Under the pieces are notes generated by a model that had not been told where the DNA came from, did not search any database, and saw only the letters and a list, made by a program, of their open reading frames with translations. From NCBI GenBank assembly GCA_964346805.1, contig CAYFWC010000008.1:1261-65260 (forward strand): DNA of 64,000 nucleotides, given 5' to 3'. Below are positions 28,818 through 38,927 of this stretch, in pieces; position 1 is the first letter of the stretch, and every line of letters begins with the position of its first letter. This DNA comes from an uncultured Treponema sp. GTDB taxonomy: Bacteria > Spirochaetota > Spirochaetia > Treponematales > Treponemataceae. A program made the position numbers and the translations under genes.

Positions 28818-29879
28818 TTAAAACTCGAACCCGTAAACCGTAACAGCCTTGTACTTTCGGCCCGGCTGCAGAATGCAGGACGGAAAGTCCTTCTTGTTGG
28901 GCGTGTCAGGGAAACACTGTGTTTCAAGGCAGATGGCGCCGTGCCGCTCATAATGAATGCCGTTCTTGCCAACAACGCCGACTATCCAGTTGGCAGTATA
29001 AATCTGAATGCCCTCCTGGTTTGTGTCAACGGTCATCTTGCGGCCGGATTTGGGCTCAACAAGAGTGGCGCAGCGGATGAGTTTCTTGTCATCGAGAGGA
29101 AGTCCTGAGTCCTTTCCATTATATGACGGAGTTACATAGCAGTGGTCATACCCCGGGGCAACCTTCTCAATGTCGCGTCCTATTGCCTTCTGTGTCGTAA
29201 AGTCAAAGGCAGTGTCTTTTAGGTCTATGATTTTTCCGGTCGGAATAAGGTTCTTGTCAACCTCAAGGTAGCCCTTGCAGTCAGACTGAAGTTCATGCTC
29301 AAGAACAGTGCCTGTACCGGCAAGGTTAAAGTAGGCGTGGTTCGTAAAATTTACGGGTGTCGCCTTGTCCGTTGTCGCCACATACTTGCAGGTAAGCTTA
29401 TTGTCATTTGAGAGAGAATATGTTACAGAAACCTTGAGGTTTCCGGGAAACCCCTGCTCGCCGTCGGGACAAGTTCTCGTAAAGGTAACGGCCGACTCCT
29501 TTTTTGTGGAAGAGTCTTTTGCGGACCAGACCTGATGGTCCAGACGGAAGAATCCGCCGTGAAGCGTATTGACCTTATTGTCGTTCTTGTCGAGCTGATA
29601 TTTTTCGCCGTCAACAGTAAATTCAGCCTTTCCGATGCGGTTTGCAAAGCGGCCCACAATGGAGCCGAAAGACAGTCCGTCCGAGTTCACATATTCCGGC
29701 AGCGTGGAATACCCTAAAAGGATATCTGTTTTTCCGCCTTTTTTACCCGGCAGATATATTCCAGTGATTGTGCAGCCGTAATCCATCACGGTAAATGACA
29801 TTTTTTTGTTTGCAACGGTGAAGAGGTGCACAACCTCACCGTTTGTCAAAGTTCCAAGCGTTTGCTTTTTTACAGACAT
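28818..29879 (-). CDS. galM: aldose 1-epimerase (galactose mutarotase)
   Basis: 353 aa. Contains GSIVGRFANRI, NTLHGG and FTNHAYFNL, the mutarotase signature blocks. Confidence 0.85.
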   Translation of the reverse strand: MSVKKQTLGTLTNGEVVHLFTVANKKMSFTVMDYGCTITGIYLPGKKGGKTDILLGYSTLPEYVNSDGLSFGSIVGRFANRIGKAEFTVDGEKYQLDKNDNKVNTLHGGFFRLDHQVWSAKDSSTKKESAVTFTRTCPDGEQGFPGNLKVSVTYSLSNDNKLTCKYVATTDKATPVNFTNHAYFNLAGTGTVLEHELQSDCKGYLEVDKNLIPTGKIIDLKDTAFDFTTQKAIGRDIEKVAPGYDHCYVTPSYNGKDSGLPLDDKKLIRCATLVEPKSGRKMTVDTNQEGIQIYTANWIVGVVGKNGIHYERHGAICLETQCFPDTPNKKDFPSCILQPGRKYKAVTVYGFEF

Positions 29880-29900
29880 ACTTTACCCCTTTTTCTATGA

Positions 29901-30611
29901 TTATTGTAAATCCAAAACCATCTGAACTTCTGTCGTGGAACGCTCGAGCCTAGCGGCGATCTCCTCCACGGACTGCCCCAAGTCTGAAAGCTCGCGGACA
30001 CGGCGGGCAAAGGATTTTTTCGGCTTTATGGGGTTGTCACTCACGATTACATGATTCTTTAAAATGGGAACCTTTCCGTAGGAATCCCCCTCTTTTGTAA
30101 CCGTAATCTGCGGAGAATCAAAAAGAGTCCGCTGGGCATTCTCGCGGAAAAGACCTGTAAGGGCTACAGCCTCATCTTCCGCCGGCAACTCATTCTGAAG
30201 GTATTTTTTTGCGATACGGCCCCCTTGAGTTTTTGCGGCGGAGACAGTCTTTGAGCCGCGCACCCGCCTTGTCTTTTCTTCGGCGGAATTTACCGTAACA
30301 GAGGCAGGCGTCTGCATTTTTATCCGGCTTTGCAAAGCCTCGCTTTTCTCCGTTGAATCCAGTTCGTGGCGCAGAAGCGCCACCTTGCGGCCGGCCTCCG
30401 CAGACACAGCCCTCAGCTCCTTTATTTTCTCGTCAATTACATTTATGTTAAGGGCAGTATTCCGCTGGGCATCCTTTATGAGATCCTCCAGTTTATCGCG
30501 GAAATCCTGAATAATATTGTCCGTCGTAAAAAGTTTTTTGAATTTTAAAAAGAATACGAGCCATAAGAGAAGATTTATAAGCGTAAGGCCTGCCACCAAA
30601 AAAAGCTGCAC
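29901..30611 (-). CDS. hypothetical membrane-anchored coiled-coil protein with a C-terminal HTH-like tail
   Basis: GTG start. N-terminal TM helix (LVAGLTLINLLLWLVFFL), a coiled-coil, and the C-terminal RRVRELSDLGQSVEEIAARLERSTTEVQMVLDL. Confidence 0.6.
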   Translation of the reverse strand: MQLFLVAGLTLINLLLWLVFFLKFKKLFTTDNIIQDFRDKLEDLIKDAQRNTALNINVIDEKIKELRAVSAEAGRKVALLRHELDSTEKSEALQSRIKMQTPASVTVNSAEEKTRRVRGSKTVSAAKTQGGRIAKKYLQNELPAEDEAVALTGLFRENAQRTLFDSPQITVTKEGDSYGKVPILKNHVIVSDNPIKPKKSFARRVRELSDLGQSVEEIAARLERSTTEVQMVLDLQ

Positions 30612-30615
30612 GTTT

Positions 30616-30951
30616 TTACCTCGTGATATTTATATGATTTCCAAGACGGGGATCACGGATTTCATATTCCTGTTTTTTGGGAGCATCTTCCTCCGGTTCC
30701 CTGTCCTGTTTTTTCTTCTGACTTCCGGAAGGCAGTCCCCCTCCTTTTGAATCGGCCTTGATTTTTCCGGCCTCCGCCTGATTATCGGCAGTCTTCTGAA
30801 CCGACTGGGACTTTAAGAGTGACTGATTCACAATTTCCTGGGTCTGCATCGAATGGGCAAGGCTTGCCCCCTGCCCCTCTCCGGCAACCCTTTGGGCAAC
30901 ATTTGCCATCTGAGAATACATTGTCTGCAAGTCAATCGGTTGCAAGGCCAT
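30616..30951 (-). CDS. small hypothetical protein in the tail of the flagellar operon
   Basis: 111 aa with an ATG start, a Gln/Ser-rich N-terminal half and a Lys/Glu-rich C-terminal half. No family recognised. Confidence 0.55.
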   Translation of the reverse strand: MALQPIDLQTMYSQMANVAQRVAGEGQGASLAHSMQTQEIVNQSLLKSQSVQKTADNQAEAGKIKADSKGGGLPSGSQKKKQDREPEEDAPKKQEYEIRDPRLGNHINITR

Positions 30952-30972
30952 AAACCAAACTCCTGTAAGGCG

Positions 30973-32943
30973 CTAGTTTGAATATCCTTCCGGCATCTTA
31001 ATCTCACTCATATCCGGTTCCTCATACTTGCCTGTTCTGATAAAGCCACCTTCCATGAATACAGTTACATTTTTCATGTCGCTGCGAACTTCCTGCAGTG
31101 CGTCGCGGATATAAATTTTAACACCTGAATAAATGTTGCCGGAAGCCTTGACTTTTCCGACAGCCTTTAGTTCATGCAGGTGCTGCTGAATTTCGTCTAT
31201 CTCCTCGGAAATCTTTTCCGATGCGATAGTAATTTCCTGCCTGCGGTCCTTTAGTTTTCCGAGAGTCTCTTCCTTGTCTTTGGGAAGTGTTCGGCGGGTC
31301 TTCTTGTAATTCTCAAGAGTGGCTATATTGTTCTCAACATCCTCAAGCTCTTTTGCAAGGGCGTTCTGCTGTCCTGTAATATCATCAAGCCTGTGTTTGG
31401 CGCGCGGGTCAAATCCGACTTCAAGAATTGTCTCAGTACCGCCTCCCGGAGAACCGATATTCTTTGCGGCGATTTCTTCCGTGGCAAAAAGGTGGCCTCC
31501 GGTAATCTGGGCTTTTTTTCCGTTGAGGACAATGCGTTTCATGGCGCTAACCTCGGAATTCATAATTGAGTCAGAAACCACACAGTTTTCCTCAACCTCA
31601 ACCTTTGCAGACTGAATGAATTTTGCCCAGAGTGATTTTCCACCGTATACCCCTCCCTCGTCATGACCGAAAATTCCCTGCGTAACAACAATGTCACCGC
31701 TTTCCGACTTGATGTAAGACTTTCCGACTGTGCCGAAAATCTCGATATTGCCGGTCGCCTTGATTTCGTAGCCGTCCTCGACATTCCCCTTAACGACGAC
31801 AGACCCCAAAAAGTCGATGTTGCCGGTTTTAATTCCAACAGACTCCAGCTCCAGAACCGGCTCAACATTGATTCTCTGATCCTCGTAAAGAACGCGCCCG
31901 GCAACGCTTGCGATAACTGTAACGCCGTCCTTGTCAAGCTCGACATTTTTCCCGAGCGGAATTTTTATATCCTTTCCGTTCTTTGCCTCAAGGTAGCGTC
32001 CGTACAAAGTCTTTCCAGCCTTGCCGCGTTCCGGAGCCATCTTTGTCGCGAGCGGCTGCCCCTGAACAACATTCTGAATCTGGTTGAGTTCCTTAAAGTT
32101 GACCTTCCCGTTCTCTGTTTCCTTGATTTTAAGTTTTGACGGATCAGTCTCAAAGTTAAAGGCAATATAGGCATCGCGTCCGTCCTGCGGCATAATTGCA
32201 TGGGCAACCTCATACGGAGCGCCGTAAACAGGATTATCCACAAATTCGTTGATTTTATCTTCTTTAATACCGGCTACAACTCCCTGAGTCTCAAGCGCGC
32301 GCTTAATCTGCTCAAAAGTTATTTCTCCGCCGCTCATGGCAGGCGCAGTCGCGGTAAGGGTCGCCGACATTTCATCCTTTGAAACATCAATGATGAGCAT
32401 TGCATCGCCCGCCTTGATGTGCTTGTATGTGCCGACAGCCTCGTATTTTCCATCGCTTCCCTTTTTGGCAAGCGTCTTGATTTTTCCCTCGTCAATGGAA
32501 ATTGTATCAGAACGGCGGGCATCGTTAATGATATTCTTTGCCTCGACAGGCCGGCCTTTTCCGACAGGCATAACAACTTTAAGAAGAATATTCTCACCGA
32601 AGTGCCTGATATAATAAAGTCCGTCCATATCCTGAACTTTGATTTCTTCCTCAAAGCCATCGTTACCGAATACAGCATCAGCGGAAGATCCCTTCTTTTT
32701 GGCCAGAGCCGCCGCATTCTGATAAATCCGGAGTTTCCACGGCTTTTTCGCAAGGCCTAAAAAGCCGCTGGAGCCGTGCTCAAGTATCTCGTATTCCAGA
32801 TTGGCCACTCTGGTATCAAGCTGGGTGGAAGCGTCAGCCAAAGCCTCGTCAAGGGAATCGGCATTAACTTCAATCACATGAAGAGCCTTGTCGGCCGCCA
32901 AGAGAGACTCCATATCTTTTCTGACGATATCCAGCGTTACCAT
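30973..32943 (-). CDS. FapA-like (DUF342-type) flagellar-associated protein
   Basis: 656 aa. The central region has repeated Gly-rich beta-helix-like segments (GNIDFLGSVVVKGNVEDGYEIKATGNIEIFGTVG...) and there is a C-terminal coiled coil. Lies directly downstream of fliA. Family assignment is by recognition only. Confidence 0.6.
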   Translation of the reverse strand: MVTLDIVRKDMESLLAADKALHVIEVNADSLDEALADASTQLDTRVANLEYEILEHGSSGFLGLAKKPWKLRIYQNAAALAKKKGSSADAVFGNDGFEEEIKVQDMDGLYYIRHFGENILLKVVMPVGKGRPVEAKNIINDARRSDTISIDEGKIKTLAKKGSDGKYEAVGTYKHIKAGDAMLIIDVSKDEMSATLTATAPAMSGGEITFEQIKRALETQGVVAGIKEDKINEFVDNPVYGAPYEVAHAIMPQDGRDAYIAFNFETDPSKLKIKETENGKVNFKELNQIQNVVQGQPLATKMAPERGKAGKTLYGRYLEAKNGKDIKIPLGKNVELDKDGVTVIASVAGRVLYEDQRINVEPVLELESVGIKTGNIDFLGSVVVKGNVEDGYEIKATGNIEIFGTVGKSYIKSESGDIVVTQGIFGHDEGGVYGGKSLWAKFIQSAKVEVEENCVVSDSIMNSEVSAMKRIVLNGKKAQITGGHLFATEEIAAKNIGSPGGGTETILEVGFDPRAKHRLDDITGQQNALAKELEDVENNIATLENYKKTRRTLPKDKEETLGKLKDRRQEITIASEKISEEIDEIQQHLHELKAVGKVKASGNIYSGVKIYIRDALQEVRSDMKNVTVFMEGGFIRTGKYEEPDMSEIKMPEGYSN

Positions 32944-32945
32944 TT

Positions 32946-33734
32946 TTACATAATTCCTTTTCTAAGGTTGGTAAGCTTCGCGCGCAGCCGCAGGTTAGCC
33001 TTTGTATGAAGCTGGCTTATACGGGACTCGCTTACTTCAAGAACCTGTCCGATTTCCTTAAAGGTAAGATCCTCATGATAATACAAGACTATTACCATTT
33101 TTTCTTTTTCGGGGAGCTCGTTTATTGCCTGAATTATTATCTTTTTTATGTCCTCGCGCTCCACAATAACATCAGGATTAAGGCTTGACGGAGACTCAAT
33201 GGAGTCTCCTATTGACATATGATCATTATCGTTTCCGCTGTACCAGACATCATTCAGCGAAAGTATCGAAGTTCCAGAAAGCTTCATAACCGTCTGCTGA
33301 TACTCTGCCTCCGAAACACCGAGTTTTCCGGCAATTTCCGCATCGCTTGCAGTGCGTCCGAGTTTTGCCTCCAAATCACCGATTGTATCTTCTATTTCAC
33401 GTGACTTCTGGCGGACACTGCGGGGAACCCAATCAAGCTGACGGAGTTCATCAAAAATAGCGCCGCGAATCCGGGTTACCGCATAGGTTTTGAATTTTAC
33501 ATTTTTGTCGGGGTCATATTTTTCAATCGCATCCAAAAGACCAAACTGACCGAACCCGACAAGGTCGTCAAACTCGACACTCGCCGGCATTCCGACGCTT
33601 ACCTTGCCCGCGACATATTTTACCAGCGGCATGTACTGCCTGATAAATTTATCGCGAAGCTCGGGAGAATGCGTCTCCTTGTATTCCTTCCAGAGTTCGT
33701 CTTCTGTTTTTTCTTCAACCAATGCTGATCCCAT
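32946..33734 (-). CDS. fliA: flagellar RNA polymerase sigma factor (sigma-28 / FliA-WhiG family)
   Basis: Sigma-70 region 2 (LVGFGQFGLLDAIEKYDP..FKTYAVTRIRGAIFDELR) and region 4 (LTFKEIGQVLEVSESRISQLHTKA). ATG at 33734 has a GGAG SD. The track start at 33746 is GTG. Confidence 0.85.
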   Translation of the reverse strand: MGSALVEEKTEDELWKEYKETHSPELRDKFIRQYMPLVKYVAGKVSVGMPASVEFDDLVGFGQFGLLDAIEKYDPDKNVKFKTYAVTRIRGAIFDELRQLDWVPRSVRQKSREIEDTIGDLEAKLGRTASDAEIAGKLGVSEAEYQQTVMKLSGTSILSLNDVWYSGNDNDHMSIGDSIESPSSLNPDVIVEREDIKKIIIQAINELPEKEKMVIVLYYHEDLTFKEIGQVLEVSESRISQLHTKANLRLRAKLTNLRKGIM

Positions 33735-33762
33735 TTTTCTCCACACCCTAAATTATTATATC

Positions 33763-34602
33763 CTAACCTTCTTCTTTTTTCAAGACCGTTCTGATGGCTT
33801 CGGCCATAATCGGCGCGTCATTTACATTGACGACACTACCGTCCTTCATCTCTGTCTGACGGTAGTTCCGAGGCCTTCCCTGCTGGGCAAAGTCGCTGTC
33901 TTCAATTATGTCTTCGTCAGAATTAAATGCCTTGCCGCCAAATTCCTCTCCGATATCGGGAAGAGAATCCAGCTCATCGTCCCCGGCGACAGACTGATCC
34001 GGAGGAACCGATGCCTGACCGGAATAGCCAGCGTTCTGACCGGCAGAAACAGGCGCGGACTGCTCAACATCTTTTGCGGTCAAGTCAAGAGGAACAAAAG
34101 CAGGCTTCTGCTCCCCGCTGTCCGCCACAATATTTTCCGCCGCCTTTTTTGCACGAAGATTTTCCGCCGCGTCAAAAACCTGATTTCGATCGCCGGCGGT
34201 AATCCCTCCCGATTTTTCAGGGTTAGAAGCCTGCCCATAGAGTCCGGACTCATAGGAGGCCTTGCTCTGCCCCAAATCCTCACCGGAAACAATATGCTTT
34301 CCGTCCACAATAAAGGACGGAGTATCCTGATCCTCCGGAAGATCGACTTCACTAACAACCAAATCCACCTTTCCGCCCACAGACTTGGGCATTTCTGCAG
34401 AAACTGATTCCGTTGCGGCGCCGGGTGCCAGAAATTTTCCGTAAAGAAACTGAATTCCCACGGCAAGCCCGCCGAAAACCATGGCGAAAATGGCAGCCTT
34501 TATCGATGAGACTGCGAACCCCGAACGAGCCGCCAGAGCAGTGAAAAAGGATAAAACGAAAGCGCCGAAGGCGCAGATAATTACCGGCTTAATTTTAATC
34601 AC
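33763..34602 (-). CDS. hypothetical membrane protein with an acidic disordered C-terminal region
   Basis: GTG start with a GAGGGG SD. Two N-terminal TM helices, then an Asp/Glu/Ser/Gly-rich sequence. Sits between flhG and fliA. Confidence 0.55.
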   Translation of the reverse strand: MIKIKPVIICAFGAFVLSFFTALAARSGFAVSSIKAAIFAMVFGGLAVGIQFLYGKFLAPGAATESVSAEMPKSVGGKVDLVVSEVDLPEDQDTPSFIVDGKHIVSGEDLGQSKASYESGLYGQASNPEKSGGITAGDRNQVFDAAENLRAKKAAENIVADSGEQKPAFVPLDLTAKDVEQSAPVSAGQNAGYSGQASVPPDQSVAGDDELDSLPDIGEEFGGKAFNSDEDIIEDSDFAQQGRPRNYRQTEMKDGSVVNVNDAPIMAEAIRTVLKKEEG

Positions 34603-34661
34603 ATTCGTTTTCCCCTCATAGTATTCAATTATAACACAACTTCAAAAAAATTGCTACAAAA

Positions 34662-35537
34662 TTATTTTTTAAATCCCAAAAATTTCTTCAGGAAGTTTGA
34701 GACTCCCTCGTTGCTCGGCGGCTCTGTCTTCTCAATTCTGCCCACAATATGCTTTACACACACGGCGGGCTTTGACTGCGGATTAACAATAATAAAAGGC
34801 TTCTGGCGGATTACGGAATTCTGAACGGCAAGATCCTCGTAAACAAAGCCCACATAATTAACCTTGTAATTAAGGAACTGCCCCACAATACTGATAATCC
34901 TGTCCGCAATGCGCTTCCCCTCATCGGCGGAGCGAACTCTGTTTACCAAAAGCTGAATGTTTATCTCGCGGTCCTCAATTTCAGTCGTAATAATCTTAAT
35001 CATACCGTAAGCATCGGTAATGGCTGTCGGTTCAGGCGTTGTAACAACATAAACCTCATCACTTGCGGCGACAAAAGAAAGAACATTGTTTGAGATACCG
35101 GCACCGGTATCAATGATGATTATGTCGGCATTTGCAAGTGAAGAAAACTGATTGGCAAAATAGTCGAGTTCATCCTTGCTCAGGTTCGCGATTTTTGAGA
35201 AACCGTTTGCGCCGGCAATAAATTTTATGCCGTATTCAGACTCCAGAATAATTTCCTGCATGGTCTTTTGTTTGTTTATAACCTGAAGGAGATTGTATTT
35301 TGGAACTACATTGAGAAGAACATTGACGTTTGCCATTCCAAGATCTCCGTCAATCAAAATAACTTTTTTTCCGAGCTGGGCATAAGCGATTGCCATGTTT
35401 ACGGCAAGGTTTGTCTTTCCAACACCGCCCTTTCCGCTTGTCACGGCTATGATTCTGGTTTTATGACCGTCAGAAGTTCTTTGTACCGAGGGACCGCCCT
35501 TCATAATTTCTCTAAGTTCGCTGATTTGATCTTCCAT
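34662..35537 (-). CDS. flhG: flagellar number regulator, MinD/ParA-type ATPase FlhG (YlxH)
   Basis: Deviant Walker A SGKGGVGKT. ATG at 35537 lies 1 nt after the flhF TAA. The track alternative is GTG at 35555. Confidence 0.85.
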   Translation of the reverse strand: MEDQISELREIMKGGPSVQRTSDGHKTRIIAVTSGKGGVGKTNLAVNMAIAYAQLGKKVILIDGDLGMANVNVLLNVVPKYNLLQVINKQKTMQEIILESEYGIKFIAGANGFSKIANLSKDELDYFANQFSSLANADIIIIDTGAGISNNVLSFVAASDEVYVVTTPEPTAITDAYGMIKIITTEIEDREINIQLLVNRVRSADEGKRIADRIISIVGQFLNYKVNYVGFVYEDLAVQNSVIRQKPFIIVNPQSKPAVCVKHIVGRIEKTEPPSNEGVSNFLKKFLGFKK

Positions 35538-35538
35538 T

Positions 35539-36774
35539 TTATTTATCCTCACCACTTACAAATTTATCTTCAATATGAATTCTGTCGACAGTAAAACCGG
35601 AAAGTCTGATTAAGAAATCAATTACATCCGCATGCTGAATATTACGGGAAATAACCTGACCGTCAGTAATATATGAAACGGACTTGTGTCTGCGGCTTAA
35701 AACGCTGATAATATTTCCGAAACGCGTTGTCTCGTCACACTTTGTAACGATTACGGATGTATAACCGAAAGGCTCGTAGTTCTGCATAATGTTCTCAAGG
35801 TCGCGTGCCTTTGTCGAGGCGGTAACCGCAAGGTAAACATCAGGGCGAAGACCGTCAACATTAAGAGTGCTCTTTAATTTTGCGATATTTTCGGCATCGT
35901 TCGGGCTGTAGCCCGATGTATCGATATAAATAATGTCATAATCCTTTTTTACGGAATTAAAAATAGACTTTAGGTCGGAAGAATTCTCTGCCTTCTGAAC
36001 ATTAAGGTCAAGAACTTCTCCAAAAGTCTGGAGCTGTTTTTCCGCGCCGATTCTTGTCTTGTCAATTGTAATCATCGTGATATTAAGTGAAGGAAGTTCC
36101 GGACTTTTTTTGCGGAGAATTACATTCTGCGCGGCAAGTTTTCCTATTGTCGTAGTCTTTCCTACACCGGTAGGACCTACAATTACAATTACGTGCGGAG
36201 GCCTGTGAGCCTTTGGCCGTGCAACTTCAATGGACTCGCCTATCCAGTCAATCACCTGTCGCTCCACCTTGTTAAAGTCCTTCAGGTCATCAATGGAAAA
36301 TTCAGACTTGAGGCGGGCCTCAAAAGAATTGATGTATTCCTTTGTAAATTCATTGTCTTCCAGCAATTCCCTTATGCGCTCAATGGACTCAATCTTTTCC
36401 TCACCATGTCCGCCGCGCGGCAGATTCTGCACAACCTCAAAAAGTTTGTCCATCTTGCTGTTTACTTCGCTGAGCTGTATTTCTTCCTTTGACTTTCCGT
36501 TTGCGGAAAGGCGGAGAATCTCGTCACGGACACGGCGGACGCTTTCCGGGTCGCTCACATCGGTAAAGGATTTCTCCGTGCGGCGGTTCACCATATACCA
36601 GACCTTTACACATTCCTTTTGGAAAATACCGAAAGGTCCGTACTTTTTCATTTTTGTCTGGCGGTCGACAATTTCATAATTAGTTCCGTACATATTGCGG
36701 AGCTTGTCGCGGATATCTTCAATAGTGTCTGCTGTAAGAGTAAGGACCTCTTCCGATTGATTTTCACTAGCCAT
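35539..36774 (-). CDS. flhF: flagellar biosynthesis SRP-type GTPase FlhF
   Basis: GPTGVGKTTTIGKLAA, DTSGYSP and TKCDET (G1, G3 and G4 motifs). Confidence 0.9.
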   Translation of the reverse strand: MASENQSEEVLTLTADTIEDIRDKLRNMYGTNYEIVDRQTKMKKYGPFGIFQKECVKVWYMVNRRTEKSFTDVSDPESVRRVRDEILRLSANGKSKEEIQLSEVNSKMDKLFEVVQNLPRGGHGEEKIESIERIRELLEDNEFTKEYINSFEARLKSEFSIDDLKDFNKVERQVIDWIGESIEVARPKAHRPPHVIVIVGPTGVGKTTTIGKLAAQNVILRKKSPELPSLNITMITIDKTRIGAEKQLQTFGEVLDLNVQKAENSSDLKSIFNSVKKDYDIIYIDTSGYSPNDAENIAKLKSTLNVDGLRPDVYLAVTASTKARDLENIMQNYEPFGYTSVIVTKCDETTRFGNIISVLSRRHKSVSYITDGQVISRNIQHADVIDFLIRLSGFTVDRIHIEDKFVSGEDK

Positions 36775-38893
36775 TTACAACCTCAATCTCTTCTTTTATC
36801 TCGCCGAGCACTTCAAGCTGAATTGAATTTTCGGCAGACATAACTTCATTTATACTGATAACAACTATTCCCGGGAGCTCCCGCTCCGTAGAACTCTTTA
36901 CGAGCGGACGAACTTCTGACGGACACAGAATAACCGGCTGGTATCCCCGCTCCTGCATTGCGGCAAATGCACCGCTGACATCATTTATCCACCTGCGGCC
37001 GTCAACCGGGTCAAGGGCCGCATAGGGGCGAGAGCCGTCGGCCGGAAGCACCTGGTGGTTAAGGAGCATCTCGGCATAGCCCTGACTCAGATTCATTACA
37101 TGCAGTTTGTGATGGTCGTCAGCATACTGGAGACATATCTGCTTGCCAAGAGCCTCGCGCACCTTCTCGGTAAGAATCCATGAACCGGCTCCCGGCCCGA
37201 AGTTCGCAAGTGTCTCCAGGATAAGAACTATGTTTCTTATAGAAACCTGCTCGCGCAGGAGATTCTGAAGAACCTTTTCTATCTGGCCGTAAGTAAATTT
37301 TGCGGTTTCCAGAACTTCATCAACAACAACCTTGTCTGTCTCAGTAAGCTTGTCAATAATCTGCTTGACTTCTTTTCTGCCGAGAATTTCCGCGGCATGG
37401 CTTCTGATAATTTCTGTCAGATGAGTTGCAATAACAGTCGGGGGATCCACAACCGCATAACCGGCGCGCTCAACTTCAGCACGCTTGTCTTCCGGAATCC
37501 ATACCGCAGGCATTCCGAAGGCCGGGTCATTTGTAGGCTCACCCTTCACTTCTTCGCGGATATCGCCTGTATTGATGGCCATATAATAGCCCATTTTGAG
37601 TTTTGAGCGGCCGGCCTCGATGCCCCGGATTTTAAATGAGTATTCGCTGGGGTCAAGAGTCATGTTGTCAACGATGCGGATACTGGGAACCACGAGTCCC
37701 AAATCCAGGGCAGCCTCGCGCCGGATTCTTGTAACACGCTCCAGGAGTTTTGCGCCTTTTTCGTTATCCACAAGAGGAATCAGAGCATATCCTATTTCAA
37801 GCAGCAGTGTGTCAAGCGGAACAACAGGCGAAACATCAGCCGGATTCTGACCCGTCTGAGTTTTTCCGGCGGCTTCGGCCTCCGCCAGTTTTTTAGCAGA
37901 TTCCATGGCAGCCTGAGTTCTCTGCATGCGTATTCCGGCATAAGCGGAAATTAATCCCAGCGGAATAAGAACATACCATGGCATTCCCGGAAGAATTCCC
38001 ATAACCGCCATGGCAGCTCCTGCAATAATATATGTAACACCGGAACTCGTAAACTGTTTTTTAAGATCATCGCTGAGCTGGGTCTCGGAATTGCTTGCGG
38101 TAACAAGCATACCGGTAGAGAATGAAAGCAAAAGAGACGGAATCTGACTTAAAAGACCGTCACCGATTGTAAGCCGGGAATAAGTCTCAATGGCGCCGGA
38201 AAAAGGCTCCCCGCGTAAAACCATTCCCGTAATAAGACCTGCCACAAGATTTACAACCGTAATAAAAATTCCTGCCGTTACATTTCCGCTTACAAACTTT
38301 GACGAACCGTCCATGGCAGAGAAAAAATCGCTCTCATTACGGATATCGGCTCTTTTTGCACGGGCCTCTTCTTCAGTGATTGCGCCGGAGTTCAATTCCT
38401 GGTCAACGGCAAAATTCTTCTGGCTCATTGAGTCCAGGGCAAAGCGGGCTGCGACTTCAGAAACACGGGTCGCACCCTTTGCGATTACAACAACCTGAAT
38501 TACGATCAGAATAATAAAGATTACCATTCCGACAACCAGTCCGTCAGTTCCCTTAGAACTTCCGACAACAAATGAAGAAAAAGCCTTCACCATCCGGCCG
38601 TCAAAACGCGCGCCCTGTGTAAGAATAAGACGGGTCGAGGAAACATTTATTCCAAGACCGAAAAGGGTTACAAGCAGAATAATCTGCGGATATGTCGTAA
38701 GTCTTGAAGGCTTGGGAGTCGAGATAACCGTCAGCAGAAGCAGTATGGCAATGGCGAGATTCATCGCCATAAAAGTATCAAGAAGTAATGTCGGCAGCGG
38801 AATTATGAGCATAAGCACGACAAGAATCGCACCGACACTTACAGCATTTTTCTGTATAAAAGAGAGAAAGTTATTCTGTCGTTCTTCTGCCAT
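36767..38893 (-). CDS. flhA: flagellar export apparatus protein FlhA
   Basis: 708-aa FHIPEP family protein (VVGMVIFIILIVIQVVVIAKGATRVSEVAARFALD) with a large cytoplasmic C-domain. Confidence 0.95.
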   Translation of the reverse strand: MAEERQNNFLSFIQKNAVSVGAILVVLMLIIPLPTLLLDTFMAMNLAIAILLLLTVISTPKPSRLTTYPQIILLVTLFGLGINVSSTRLILTQGARFDGRMVKAFSSFVVGSSKGTDGLVVGMVIFIILIVIQVVVIAKGATRVSEVAARFALDSMSQKNFAVDQELNSGAITEEEARAKRADIRNESDFFSAMDGSSKFVSGNVTAGIFITVVNLVAGLITGMVLRGEPFSGAIETYSRLTIGDGLLSQIPSLLLSFSTGMLVTASNSETQLSDDLKKQFTSSGVTYIIAGAAMAVMGILPGMPWYVLIPLGLISAYAGIRMQRTQAAMESAKKLAEAEAAGKTQTGQNPADVSPVVPLDTLLLEIGYALIPLVDNEKGAKLLERVTRIRREAALDLGLVVPSIRIVDNMTLDPSEYSFKIRGIEAGRSKLKMGYYMAINTGDIREEVKGEPTNDPAFGMPAVWIPEDKRAEVERAGYAVVDPPTVIATHLTEIIRSHAAEILGRKEVKQIIDKLTETDKVVVDEVLETAKFTYGQIEKVLQNLLREQVSIRNIVLILETLANFGPGAGSWILTEKVREALGKQICLQYADDHHKLHVMNLSQGYAEMLLNHQVLPADGSRPYAALDPVDGRRWINDVSGAFAAMQERGYQPVILCPSEVRPLVKSSTERELPGIVVISINEVMSAENSIQLEVLGEIKEEIEVVNG

Positions 38894-38927
38894 TTATTTC
38901 CCCACCCAAAAGTTATCCGCGTTTCCC

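Noticed and set aside
28758-29108. 116-aa plus-strand ORF starting in the atpE-galM spacer.
   Set aside because: It overlaps the 3' third of galM on the opposite strand, has no SD and no recognisable motifs. The spacer is better explained by the V-ATPase promoter on the minus strand.
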